This document shows, piece after piece, positions 27,300 through 36,429 of a stretch of 64,000 nucleotides of DNA; position 1 is the stretch's first letter, and each line of letters starts with the position of its first letter. The position numbers and the translations under genes are program-made. A model generated the notes under the pieces. That model did no database searches. It worked only from the letters and a program-made list of their open reading frames with translations, and was not told the origin of the DNA. Source of the stretch: Bacteroidota bacterium (GTDB lineage: Bacteria; Bacteroidota; Bacteroidia; Chitinophagales; Saprospiraceae); NCBI GenBank assembly GCA_041163745.1, contig JBEAQU010000032.1:1454-65453 (forward strand). The letters run 5' to 3'.

Positions 27300-27417
27300 T
27301 CCGCCGAGCGGAAGCAGCGTCATGGCAAAGCAATATCGGAAGCGCTACCCCACCCTGCCGGAGATTGGATAACTTGCAAAGACATCGCAGGCAGTTTCCT
27401 GTGCCAACATTCCCAAC

Positions 27418-28101
27418 ATGCAAATAACCTATTACGGACATTCCTGTTTCCTGATCGAGACCAAAGGCCATCGGTTGTTGTTCGACCCCTTCATCAGCGG
27501 CAATCCGAAAGCCGCGGACCTGGACAGCCGGACCATCTCGGCGGATTACCTCCTCCTGACCCACGGTCATGGCGACCATGTGGGGGATGCGGAGGAAATC
27601 GGCAGGCGGTGCGATGCGCAGGTCATCTCCAACTTCGAGATTGTCAGCTGGTTCGAACGAAAAGGATTGAAAGGGCACCCCATGAATCACGGGGGCAAAT
27701 GGAATTTCCCCTTCGGAACCGTGAAATTTGTACATGCCACCCACTCCAGCGTGATGCCCGACGGAACCTACGGCGGCAACCCCGGTGGCTTTGTCATCTG
27801 GAACGAAGAAGCCTGCCTGTATGTGGCCGGCGATACGGACCTGACCATGGACATGCAGCTGATTCCGCTCACCTGTCCGCCCCTGGATGCAGCCATTCTG
27901 CCGGTCGGTGACAATTTCACGATGGGATTCCAGGAAGCCCTGTTGGCGGCTGAGTTCGTCCGGTGTGACACTGTGATTGGATGCCACTTCGACACCTTTC
28001 CCTACATTGTCATTCCACGGCAAGAGGCGGAGGAGGCTTTCCGCTCAAAAAACAAGCGTTTGATCCTTCCGGTCATCGGCCGGACGGTAACTTTCCGATA
28101 G
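27418..28101 (+). CDS. metal-dependent hydrolase, MBL fold (UPF0173 family)
   Basis: MQITYYGHSCFLIETKGHRLLFDPF...LLTHGHGDHVGD. Confidence 0.85.
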   Translation: MQITYYGHSCFLIETKGHRLLFDPFISGNPKAADLDSRTISADYLLLTHGHGDHVGDAEEIGRRCDAQVISNFEIVSWFERKGLKGHPMNHGGKWNFPFGTVKFVHATHSSVMPDGTYGGNPGGFVIWNEEACLYVAGDTDLTMDMQLIPLTCPPLDAAILPVGDNFTMGFQEALLAAEFVRCDTVIGCHFDTFPYIVIPRQEAEEAFRSKNKRLILPVIGRTVTFR

Positions 28102-28302
28102 ACGGGACTTCGGGGAGGATCCACCGAACGCCGGCCGTGTATTCCTTCCTCGCAATAGTTAGCGAACGCGCCTTCCGAATTCCCGATATTCTACCGACAT
28201 TTGCACAGCAAATCCGGTCGGGATGGCCGACAACGGGAGGGAGAAACACGGGACGACCTAGCATAAGGAAAGGATTTGATCATCAAATTCACACAACAGA
28301 CC

Positions 28303-29097
28303 ATGGGGAAAATCATAGCCATAGCCAACCAAAAAGGTGGAGTCGGCAAGACGACCACCGCGATCAACCTCGCCGCCTGCCTGGCCATCCTTGAGAAAAG
28401 GGTGTTGCTGGTCGATGCCGATCCACAAGCCAATTCCTCCTCCGGCGTGGGTGTATTTCCGGATCATGTCTCCTACAGTCTGTACGACTGCCTGGTGAAC
28501 GATACGGATACGACGGAAGCCATCATCGAGACCGACACCCCGAATCTGTACCTGTTGCCCTCCAGCATCGACCTGGTGGGCGCTGAGCTGGAGCTCGTCA
28601 CCCGACCGCAGCGGGAATTTGTCATGAAGAACATCCTCTCGACCGTTCGGGACTCCTTCGACTTCATCTTCATCGACTGTCTGCCCTCGCTGGGAATCAT
28701 CACCCTGAACGCACTGGCTGCCGCGGACACCGTGTTGGTGCCTGTCCAATGCGAGTATTTTTCATTGGAGGGACTGGGAAAACTACAGAACACCATCAAT
28801 CTGGTCAAGCAGAATTTCAACCCCGGGCTGGATATGGAGGGCATCGTACTGTCCATGTACGACGGCCGGTTGAGGTTGGCCAACGTGGTGGTCAGCGAAG
28901 TTCGGAGCTTCTACCGGGACAAGGTGTTCGACACCATCGTGCACCGCAATTCCAAAATCAGCGAAGCGCCCAATATGCACTTGCCGGTCGTGATGTACGA
29001 TGCGGCCAGCCGGGGAACGATCAATTTCCTGAACCTGGCCAAGGAGTTCCTGGCCAGAAATACCGCGACCAATCAAATCTCAACAACAGCGGGTTGA
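28303..29097 (+). CDS. parA: ParA family chromosome partitioning ATPase
   Basis: ATG 28303 gives [24 protein letters not shown] (deviant Walker A). Confidence 0.95.
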   Translation: MGKIIAIANQKGGVGKTTTAINLAACLAILEKRVLLVDADPQANSSSGVGVFPDHVSYSLYDCLVNDTDTTEAIIETDTPNLYLLPSSIDLVGAELELVTRPQREFVMKNILSTVRDSFDFIFIDCLPSLGIITLNALAAADTVLVPVQCEYFSLEGLGKLQNTINLVKQNFNPGLDMEGIVLSMYDGRLRLANVVVSEVRSFYRDKVFDTIVHRNSKISEAPNMHLPVVMYDAASRGTINFLNLAKEFLARNTATNQISTTAG

Positions 29098-29099
29098 AA

Positions 29100-29999
29100 A
29101 TGGCCAAACTGACGAACAAACGCGAACTCGGGCTGGGTGTGCGCGCCCTGCTTTCCAACATAGAGACACAGACAAAGGACCAACAGCGGGAAGTCGTAAG
29201 AGAGCTTACCCACACGGTGGCAATGATTCCCTTATCAGAAATCGAGGTCAACCCTTTCCAGCCGCGGAAGGATTTCGACCCGGAAGCGTTGAAGGACCTG
29301 TCTGATTCCCTCCGTGTACACGGCCTGATCCAGCCCATCACGGTCCGCCGCCTGACGGATCGCCAATATCAACTCATCTCCGGAGAGCGACGATTCCGTG
29401 CCTCCGGCATGGCGGGGCTGAAGGAAGTGCCTGCCTACATCCGCCTGGCGAACGACCAGGAGATGATTGAAATGGCATTGGTGGAGAACATCCAGCGGGC
29501 GGATCTCAATGCCATTGAGATTGCCATTACCTACCAGCGACTGCTCGATGAATGTTCCTTGACACATGAGCGTCTCTCGGACCGGGTCGGAAAAGCCCGG
29601 GAGACCGTCACCAACTACCTCCGGCTGCTAAAGTTGCCGGTGGAAATACAACAGGGATTGAAGCAGGGATTGATTTCCATGGGCCATGCCCGGGCGATCA
29701 TCGGTCTGGAGGATTTTCTACTGCAGACGAGGGTATACAAGGAGGTGACGGACAAGGGATTGTCGGTACGGGCAACGGAGGGCTTGGTCAGGAGTTACCG
29801 GGGGGCGGACCCTGCCCGGAAACAAGCGACGGCAGCACCAAGGCTGGCTCCCGATTACCAGCAGGTCGAGGATACCTTGAAGCAATATTTCGATACCAAA
29901 GTCCAACTGAAGGTAAAACCCAACGGAAGCGGATTGATAGCCATCCCGTTCGGATCTTCTGACGACCTAAACCGGTTACTCGACCTTTTGGAGGAATGA
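29100..29999 (+). CDS. parB: ParB/Spo0J chromosome partitioning protein
   Basis: ATG 29100 gives MAKLTNKRELGLG... with QPRKDFD, LISGERRFRAS and an HTH segment. It starts 2 nt after the parA stop. Confidence 0.95.
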   Translation: MAKLTNKRELGLGVRALLSNIETQTKDQQREVVRELTHTVAMIPLSEIEVNPFQPRKDFDPEALKDLSDSLRVHGLIQPITVRRLTDRQYQLISGERRFRASGMAGLKEVPAYIRLANDQEMIEMALVENIQRADLNAIEIAITYQRLLDECSLTHERLSDRVGKARETVTNYLRLLKLPVEIQQGLKQGLISMGHARAIIGLEDFLLQTRVYKEVTDKGLSVRATEGLVRSYRGADPARKQATAAPRLAPDYQQVEDTLKQYFDTKVQLKVKPNGSGLIAIPFGSSDDLNRLLDLLEE

Positions 30000-30733
30000 C
30001 CGCCGACCTTCATCGGTGCCCGGTCGACCTCAGCCATCGTTCCGATATGTTTGCCATTCGATCCGGTCATCGGTTTGTTTTTTCAGGGCTGGTGCTGGTC
30101 CTGTGCCTGCTTCCCGGCCGTCGGTCCGCTGCGCAGGTTCCCCTCGTACTTTCCGATACGACGACGGCTACCTCGGCGCTTCCCACATCACCGGTCTCGG
30201 ACACGACCGGACCCGGTGCCGCTCGGCAAGGATGGGTCGGCCGTTTCCGCCAAGGACTGCGGACGGATTATCCCAATCCCCGCAAGGCGATCATCCTTTC
30301 CCTGGCTTTTCCCGGAGGCGGACAACTATACAACAAGCGTTGGTGGAAAGTACCGTTCGTGTGGGGAGGGTTCGTTGCACTCGCTTATGCCGCGGATTAC
30401 AATACCCGCAATTACCGTCTGTTGCGGGACGCCTACATCGCGGAACTTGCGGGCGAGGAGCACCCCTTTTCCGGCAGCCGCTTGCAAGCGAATGATTTGC
30501 GACGGCTGCGGGACCAATTCGACAAAAACAAGCAGCTTTCCTATATCGGGATGGTGGGCCTTCACTTGGTTCAGGCGGCCGAGGCTTTCGTGGACAGTCA
30601 TCTGAAGTCCTTCGACGTCAGCGACGACCTGAGCCTTGGTATGCGGCCCACCCTGTTGGGCTCCGGCCAGGGTCCGGAGAACATTCTTCCCAGGATGACA
30701 CCGGGCATCGGAGTCATCCTGGCCTTCCGATGA
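29996..30733 (+). CDS. DUF5683-like membrane protein
   Basis: ATGA overlap with the parB stop. The FPGGGQLYNKRWWKVPFVWGG motif and the position after parAB are typical for Bacteroidota. An alternative start is ATG 30050. Confidence 0.7.
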   Translation: MTADLHRCPVDLSHRSDMFAIRSGHRFVFSGLVLVLCLLPGRRSAAQVPLVLSDTTTATSALPTSPVSDTTGPGAARQGWVGRFRQGLRTDYPNPRKAIILSLAFPGGGQLYNKRWWKVPFVWGGFVALAYAADYNTRNYRLLRDAYIAELAGEEHPFSGSRLQANDLRRLRDQFDKNKQLSYIGMVGLHLVQAAEAFVDSHLKSFDVSDDLSLGMRPTLLGSGQGPENILPRMTPGIGVILAFR

Positions 30734-30762
30734 AGGAGGTCCCTTGCGGACAACCGTTCCGC

Positions 30763-31236
30763 TCATTCATACTCGAAGGGAAGAATTTTCGAATTCTTTA
30801 CGGTGGAAAGGGTCATCAACGTTTTCAAGCGCTCGATTTCCTCGATTTGCGAAAGGGTCTTGAACAGCAGTTGCTCATAAGTAGGGATGTCCTTGCATAC
30901 AATCCTGATAAGGAAATCCGCCTCCCCCGTGATGATGTAGCACTCCACGATCTCATCGATCGACTTGACTTTCTCCAGGAAATTGTTCAAAGCATTCTCC
31001 TTCTGCCAGGCCAAGGAAACCTGTACGAAGGTCTGTACGTTGAGCCCGATGCTTTGCGGATTCAACTGCGCATGATAACTTTCGATGTAACCGGAAGTCT
31101 CCAGCTTTTTGACCCGTTCCAAAGTAGGGGCAGGGGACAATCCGATTTTCTTGGATAGTTCGAGATTGGTTATCTTGCAATTCTCCTGCAAAATTTTCAA
31201 TATCTTAAGGTCTGTCCGATCCAGCTTCTCTGCCAT
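30763..31236 (-). CDS. Lrp/AsnC family transcriptional regulator
   Basis: ATG 31236 gives MAEKLDRTDLKILKILQENCKITNLELSKKIGLSPAPTLERVKKLE (HTH) plus a RAM/ACT-like C-domain. The DNA is visibly AT-richer than its neighbours. Confidence 0.9.
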   Translation of the reverse strand: MAEKLDRTDLKILKILQENCKITNLELSKKIGLSPAPTLERVKKLETSGYIESYHAQLNPQSIGLNVQTFVQVSLAWQKENALNNFLEKVKSIDEIVECYIITGEADFLIRIVCKDIPTYEQLLFKTLSQIEEIERLKTLMTLSTVKNSKILPFEYE

Positions 31237-31300
31237 TAGGTTCTGTTGTTTTTTTTGTATTAAAAGTGCCTTTATTGCTGCAAAATAAAACAATATTCAG

Positions 31301-31308
31301 CAAATATA
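31301..31308 (-). promoter_or_regulatory. -7 box candidate TATATTTG upstream of the Lrp/AsnC gene
   Basis: Plus-strand CAAATATA equals minus-strand TATATTTG, 65 nt upstream of ATG 31236. Confidence 0.25.
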
Positions 31309-31931
31309 TTAATCGACAAAAATAAATTCCAAGAAATAGTGATTTCGCCTTATTTAAACAAAATACGAATCCAATGCGAAGGAAAGTGTAGCCACCTGCC
31401 CGGTGGTGTGCGAATCGAGACCCGTGACGTGGGGCACAGCAACAGTTTCCATGAGAGCCAGGGGTAGGTATGTGTTGACCAGCAGTTTGGCTGCACTTCG
31501 AACCGAAACTTGTCAGGAACAAAATTACAGGAACGGGTAAAATATTAAACTGAAATCATCCAAATTTTTTAGAAATAATTTTGCAAAACCGGTATTCCGG
31601 CCATATCCCAGCTTCATTGCCGGTTTCTTCCGTGTCTACTTGCCGGCCGGTACACATCCGCGGGCAGTTGTTTTCGGAATCCTACCGCCGTCCTCGACCG
31701 GAAGGACAGGGACAATCCTCAATTTTGCCAGTGCACTCAACCAAGCGGGAAAACAGTTGTTATTGACCTGAAGAAAGCGGGTTGGCATAGCCATTTCCAG
31801 CATAACGGAGACCATGCGAGACGGACAGAAAAGCCCCCGGGTAAATCGTTCGTTATGTGTGCTGCCGTCAGGAAACAAGAGAACACAGCCAAATCCCGGT
31901 GGTCCTTTTCATCTAAAAACAACAACAAATC

Positions 31932-32252
31932 ATGGCTTTTGAAATCACGGATGCCAACTTCCAATCCGAAGTAATCGACAAGCAAGGTGTCGCCGTATTG
32001 GATTTCTGGGCGGAATGGTGCGGTCCCTGCCGCATGATCTCCCCCATCATCGAAAAGCTGTCCTCAGCGTATGCCGGCAAAGCCCTTGTCGGGAAAGTCA
32101 ACGTCGACCACAACCCGGAGATTGCCATGAAGTATGGAATCCGTAGCATCCCGACCATTCTCGTATTCAAGAACGGCGAAGTAGTGAACAAACATGTCGG
32201 TGTGACCACCCAAGCGAACCTGAGTCAAATCATCGACCAGCAACTGGTCTGA
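31932..32252 (+). CDS. trxA: thioredoxin
   Basis: 106 aa with the WAEWCGPCR active site. Confidence 0.95.
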   Translation: MAFEITDANFQSEVIDKQGVAVLDFWAEWCGPCRMISPIIEKLSSAYAGKALVGKVNVDHNPEIAMKYGIRSIPTILVFKNGEVVNKHVGVTTQANLSQIIDQQLV

Positions 32253-32296
32253 ATACTGCGTTCATACGGATGTCTGCTGCCCCTGCCTGAAACCGA

Positions 32297-32340
32297 TGCG
32301 GTATTGTCCGCCACTGCGCTGACAATACCGCACGCTTTTT
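32297..32340 (+). terminator. rho-independent terminator after trxA
   Basis: A 12-bp stem TGCGGTATTGTC / GACAATACCGCA with a 12-nt loop, followed by CGCTTTTT. Confidence 0.55.
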
Positions 32341-32494
32341 ACTGCTAAGCCAGGACTGCTGTCAGCTTTGCAACAGCCATGCTCTTCCGCAAAGATTCCA
32401 GGTGCCCTGGGCGCGGCGCTGTCCGCCAGGCGAAACGTTCCTTCCAGGCAGCCGAACCAACCGGGAGCAGGCCTCACTCCCTCCCACCACTTGA

Positions 32495-33727
32495 TCAAAG
32501 GCGACTGGCCATGAGCAGGTCCAGGTTTGTATGTTTCAGGTCGAACCGTCGGCCGAGGTAGGCATTGGTAAGGAGTCCCTTGAACACGAAGACCCCGTTT
32601 CGCAGGCCTGCATGGTCGTAGAGCAATTCCGCCACACCACCGACATCACCTGCGCTGACCAACCAAGGGGTCAGGATATTGCTCATGGCGATAGAGGCTG
32701 TCCGGGGCACCTTGGAAGCCATGTTGGGCACAGCATAGTGGATGACTCCGTGCTTGCGGAAGGTCGGACGGGCATGGGACGTAAGTTCGGATGTTTCGAA
32801 GCATCCGCCCTGGTCGATGCTCACATCTATGATGACAGAGCCGGGTTTCATCTGTTCCACCATGGATTCCGGCACCACCACGGGGGTACGGCCGGTTTTG
32901 GAATGGATGGCACCGATGACGACGTCTGCGTTCAGGAGGTCTTTTTCCAGCTGGAAGGGATTCAAGGTGGAGGTGTTCAAGCGTTGGCCGATATGGCGTT
33001 GCAACCGCATCAGCTTGTATACATCATTGTCAAAGACCCGTACCTCCGCACCTAATCCCAACGCCACCCTGGTGGCGGATTCGCCCACCACTCCTGCACC
33101 GAGGATCACGACTTTCGCGGACGGCACCCCGGCGATGCCGCCGAGCAGGACTCCCTTCCCTCCCCCACTCACCGACAGCAGTTCCGCTGCGGTCAATACG
33201 GCGTTCAGTCCGGCCATTTCACTCATGACCCGAACGAAAGGGAAGGAACCGTTGTCATCCTGGATGTATTCCATGGCAAAGGCGACGACCCGCTTCTCCT
33301 GTAACTTTTCAATCAACTCCCGGGAGACCATCGGCAGGGTGAGGGGGGTGATGATGACCTGCCCCGGATGATAGAGGGATGCTTCCTCCAAGGTAGGGGG
33401 CGACACCTTGAGCAGTACCTGCGACTGAAACACTTCGTTCCTGTCGTACGACACCTTGGCACCGGCCTCACTGTAGCGTATGTCGCTGTAGTTGGCTTGT
33501 TCGCCTGCTCCGGCTTCCAGCACCACCGTGTGGCCGCGGGCAACGAGGGTGGAGACGGCCGCCGGCACCAGTGCCACACGGTTTTCCTGCAACTGGTCCG
33601 CCTTGGGTATGCCGATTTGCATGCGTCGGTTGTGCGGCTCCCTTTCCAAGGTCTCCGGTTGGGATTGCAAATGGCCTTCGGTCAAGGACCGCGGCATAGG
33701 AATCTTTTGTTTCGTAGATGATGCCAT
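32495..33727 (-). CDS. ald: alanine dehydrogenase family protein
   Basis: IGIPKADQLQENRVALVPAAVSTLVARGHTVVLEAGAG..., the VVILGAGVVG Rossmann motif, and a ~35-aa N-terminal extension as in other Bacteroidota homologues. Confidence 0.8.
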   Translation of the reverse strand: MASSTKQKIPMPRSLTEGHLQSQPETLEREPHNRRMQIGIPKADQLQENRVALVPAAVSTLVARGHTVVLEAGAGEQANYSDIRYSEAGAKVSYDRNEVFQSQVLLKVSPPTLEEASLYHPGQVIITPLTLPMVSRELIEKLQEKRVVAFAMEYIQDDNGSFPFVRVMSEMAGLNAVLTAAELLSVSGGGKGVLLGGIAGVPSAKVVILGAGVVGESATRVALGLGAEVRVFDNDVYKLMRLQRHIGQRLNTSTLNPFQLEKDLLNADVVIGAIHSKTGRTPVVVPESMVEQMKPGSVIIDVSIDQGGCFETSELTSHARPTFRKHGVIHYAVPNMASKVPRTASIAMSNILTPWLVSAGDVGGVAELLYDHAGLRNGVFVFKGLLTNAYLGRRFDLKHTNLDLLMASRL

Positions 33728-33745
33728 GATTTACCTATCCCAGTT

Positions 33746-34237
33746 TTACTGGCCGGGTTGTCCGTCCACTCCCTTTCCGGTCGGGCCGAGCCTTTTCACT
33801 GTCATGATGCGGGAATGCTCCCTAACGATGTCCAGCCTAACATGAAGGGTGCCTTCCGGCAGCCACTCCGCAATGATGTCCGGCCACTCGATGAAGCAGA
33901 ATCCATCCCCGTACAGATACTGGTCCAACCCGATCGCATGGGCTTCCCGTACCGATGCCAACCGGTACAGGTCCATATGAAACACCGGGAAAGTTCCGAC
34001 GGTCGGCAAGTGGCCGAGATACTCGTTCACCAGGGAAAAAGTTGGGCTGGTGACCGGTTCCGTCACACCCAGCAGGGTACACAATTCCTTGACCAAGCTG
34101 GTTTTGCCGGCTCCCAGGTCTCCCCGAAGCGCGAATATCCGGGCATCCCTGGCCATATCCAACAGATAGCCGGCGGCGGCAGGCAGCTGTCCGGCGGAAA
34201 CGATGTCAAAGCGATGCTGCTCCGGAATCCTCATCAT
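33746..34237 (-). CDS. tsaE: tRNA t6A37 biosynthesis ATPase TsaE
   Basis: GDLGAGKTSLVKELCTLLGV P-loop, PTFSLVNEY and HMDLYRL. Confidence 0.85.
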   Translation of the reverse strand: MMRIPEQHRFDIVSAGQLPAAAGYLLDMARDARIFALRGDLGAGKTSLVKELCTLLGVTEPVTSPTFSLVNEYLGHLPTVGTFPVFHMDLYRLASVREAHAIGLDQYLYGDGFCFIEWPDIIAEWLPEGTLHVRLDIVREHSRIMTVKRLGPTGKGVDGQPGQ

Positions 34238-34424
34238 TGCAATAGGGGGCTTGTTTCATCGTATTTGCCGTCGGCCGGTATTTCCCAAAGCGGCCGACCG
34301 GACCAAACACAGCCGTTCGAACCGTATGTCGGAGCCAGCAGGTATCCGGTGCGACCGATGTGGTTTTTATCCAAAAGGCCAACATGATGTCAGGGCCGGA
34401 TGTTTGCCGGCCGGCACAAGGCGT

Positions 34425-35219
34425 TCAGTTTCCTTTGCGACCGGAGGCCAGGGCCAGGCCGACTAAGGTCAGGGCCGCAGCGGCCGCAACCCAGGTGAGT
34501 GCCGACAACTCCTGCCGGAAGATGCAAAGATAAAAAGCGGCGCCGAGGATCCCGCCCAACAAGGGGCCCAATACCGGAACCGGCGCATAGGTCCAGTCCG
34601 AACCACCCTTGCCGGCGATCGGCAGGAGCGCGTGCATGATGCGGGGTCCCAAGTCTCTGACCGGATTGATGGCATATCCGGTCGGTCCGCCGAGCGACAT
34701 CCCGATGACGACTACCAAGGCCCCCACCACGATGGGGTTGAGGCCGTCGGTAAAGCGGTTGGCTCCGATAAAGAGAACACCGGCCGTCAGGACGAAGGTT
34801 CCCAGCGCTTCGCTCAGGAGGTTCGGCCAGAATGACCGGATGGCGGGACTGGTGCAGAAAACCCCCAACTTGGCTTCGCGGTCTTCGGTTTCTCGCCAGT
34901 GCCCGAGATAGTGCAGCCAAACGAGGGCGGCGCCGGCCATGGCACCGGTCAGTTGGGCGAGAACATAGCCGGGCACCGATTCCCAGGCGAAATCTCCTGT
35001 CAGCGCCAGGGCCAGGGTGACGGCCGGGTTGAGGTGCGCACCGCTGTATTGACCGACTGCATAGATGCCCATGGTTACGGCAAGGCCCCATGCCAGGGTA
35101 ATGACAATCCAACCTGCGTTCCAAGACTTGGAATTTTTCAACACGGCACCGGCGACGACACCGTCACCCAAGAGTATCAGCAGCATGGTACCGACGAATT
35201 CGGCTGTCAGAGGAGTCAT
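34425..35219 (-). CDS. glpF: MIP family aquaglyceroporin
   Basis: ATG 35219 gives MTPLTAEFVGTMLL... The first motif is HLNPAVT. The second motif is AINPVRDLGPR (NPV instead of NPA). There is an extra hydrophobic C-terminal segment. Confidence 0.85.
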   Translation of the reverse strand: MTPLTAEFVGTMLLILLGDGVVAGAVLKNSKSWNAGWIVITLAWGLAVTMGIYAVGQYSGAHLNPAVTLALALTGDFAWESVPGYVLAQLTGAMAGAALVWLHYLGHWRETEDREAKLGVFCTSPAIRSFWPNLLSEALGTFVLTAGVLFIGANRFTDGLNPIVVGALVVVIGMSLGGPTGYAINPVRDLGPRIMHALLPIAGKGGSDWTYAPVPVLGPLLGGILGAAFYLCIFRQELSALTWVAAAAALTLVGLALASGRKGN

Positions 35220-35463
35220 GGTCTGTTTTTTTGTGAGATAAAGTTTGCTGCATAAAGTTAGTTTTTTTAGCAAACCGCTCATGTGTTTTCCACATCTTCT
35301 TCTTGACAAGGCCTTCCGGTGGATGTTCATCGGCGCTTCCTGCCCGGGGTGCCGGAACCTTGGCGTGGCGTTCCGGCAATCGGTTCTTACGGGTTGTAAG
35401 GGAGGGCGGCGGGTCTCCCGGACGGGTGGGACGGGAATCCGGCGGCGGGATGCGGCACATATG

Positions 35464-35495
35464 AAAAATCCCGGACGGTTTGCAAACCGTCCGGG
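35464..35495 (-). terminator. rho-independent terminator after the DUF4290 gene
   Basis: A perfect 26-nt palindrome CCCGGACGGTTTG/CAAACCGTCCGGG (35470-35495), followed on the minus strand by ATTTTTC. Confidence 0.6.
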
Positions 35496-35525
35496 ACGTG
35501 GACACGACGTGCCGGATGCAACGGG

Positions 35526-36305
35526 TTATTTCTTCCGCTTCCGACGTTGTTGGGACGGCATCGGCTGTTGACGCGGCATATTACCCCCGCGGTCTCTGTC
35601 GCGGTCGCGGTCGCGGGGGCCATTTCCGTGACCGTTCCCCATGCCGGGTCGGTACATCGGCGGGCGTTGCTGAGGGGGGAGCGGACGTCCGCCACCAGCG
35701 AAATGTTGCGGTGGCATCATGGGTTCGTTGCCCACGGTTTTGCGTTGGGAACGGGTGAGATTGTCCAGTGGCGCGTCTTCGACGAGCTGGAGTTTGCCGT
35801 CGGAAAGATTCTTAAGGTCCTCAATGATGATGTCATCGCTGACGTAATGTTCCCGGCTCCAGGTCCGGTATGCCAATTTCATGTACGAGCCGATTACCTG
35901 AACGAAACCGTTTTTCTTTTCGCCGTCTTCCATGGCCACGGCTTTGGCGATCAGTTTCTGGACATTGTTACCATAGTGCCGGAAGCGAGGGTCCTTGATG
36001 GAGTAGGAAACCCGTTCCGGTTTCTTCTGGCTGTCCTCAGGCGAGGGCGTATAGCCCAGCGGGGTAGCGACATCGAGTTTGTATTCGGCGATTTGGAAGG
36101 CATGACGCCAGAGTTTTTCGCGAAAGTCCTCAAGGTTCCGGTTGAGGGGGTGCATCTGCATCATGAGGCCGACAATCTGTTCCACGACTTGCTGCCGTTT
36201 TTCCCTTTCGGGAATTTCCCGGGCATATCGAAGCATATTTTGGATGTGGCGGCCATATTCGGGAATGACCAAGATTTCCCTGTTTGAATTGTATTCCATA
36301 GACAT
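35526..36305 (-). CDS. DUF4290-like protein with low-complexity basic tail
   Basis: MSMEYNSNREILVIPEYGRHIQNMLRYA... is a typical DUF4290 N-terminus. ORF-track start 36359 is TTG. The C-terminal tail is ...GPRDRDRDRDRGGNMPRQQPMPSQQRRKRKK. Confidence 0.8.
   Translation of the reverse strand: MSMEYNSNREILVIPEYGRHIQNMLRYAREIPEREKRQQVVEQIVGLMMQMHPLNRNLEDFREKLWRHAFQIAEYKLDVATPLGYTPSPEDSQKKPERVSYSIKDPRFRHYGNNVQKLIAKAVAMEDGEKKNGFVQVIGSYMKLAYRTWSREHYVSDDIIIEDLKNLSDGKLQLVEDAPLDNLTRSQRKTVGNEPMMPPQHFAGGGRPLPPQQRPPMYRPGMGNGHGNGPRDRDRDRDRGGNMPRQQPMPSQQRRKRKK
35598..35615. repeat. hexanucleotide repeat (GTCGCG)x3 encoding the RDRDRD tail
   Basis: Three perfect tandem copies inside the 3' end of the DUF4290-like gene. 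Confidence 0.8.
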
Positions 36306-36429
36306 TGTATCGTTAATGGCGACTGTCGGTGCGATTGTATGCAAAGGTAAGACGCACAAGGTTTGAAAATACGGTTTTTTTGCGAATATGACAATTTACC
36401 TGCCACTGTTGTGAACCGGACGGACCGGT

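Noticed and set aside
31381-31530. Possible riboswitch (TPP-like GGGGCAC...ATGAGAG...GAACCGAAA) or RNase P-like GGAAAGT start
   Set aside because: It only loosely resembles the consensus. The required ACCC pairing partner and other conserved cores are absent, and no thiamine-related gene lies downstream. The region is kept only as part of the large-spacer finding.
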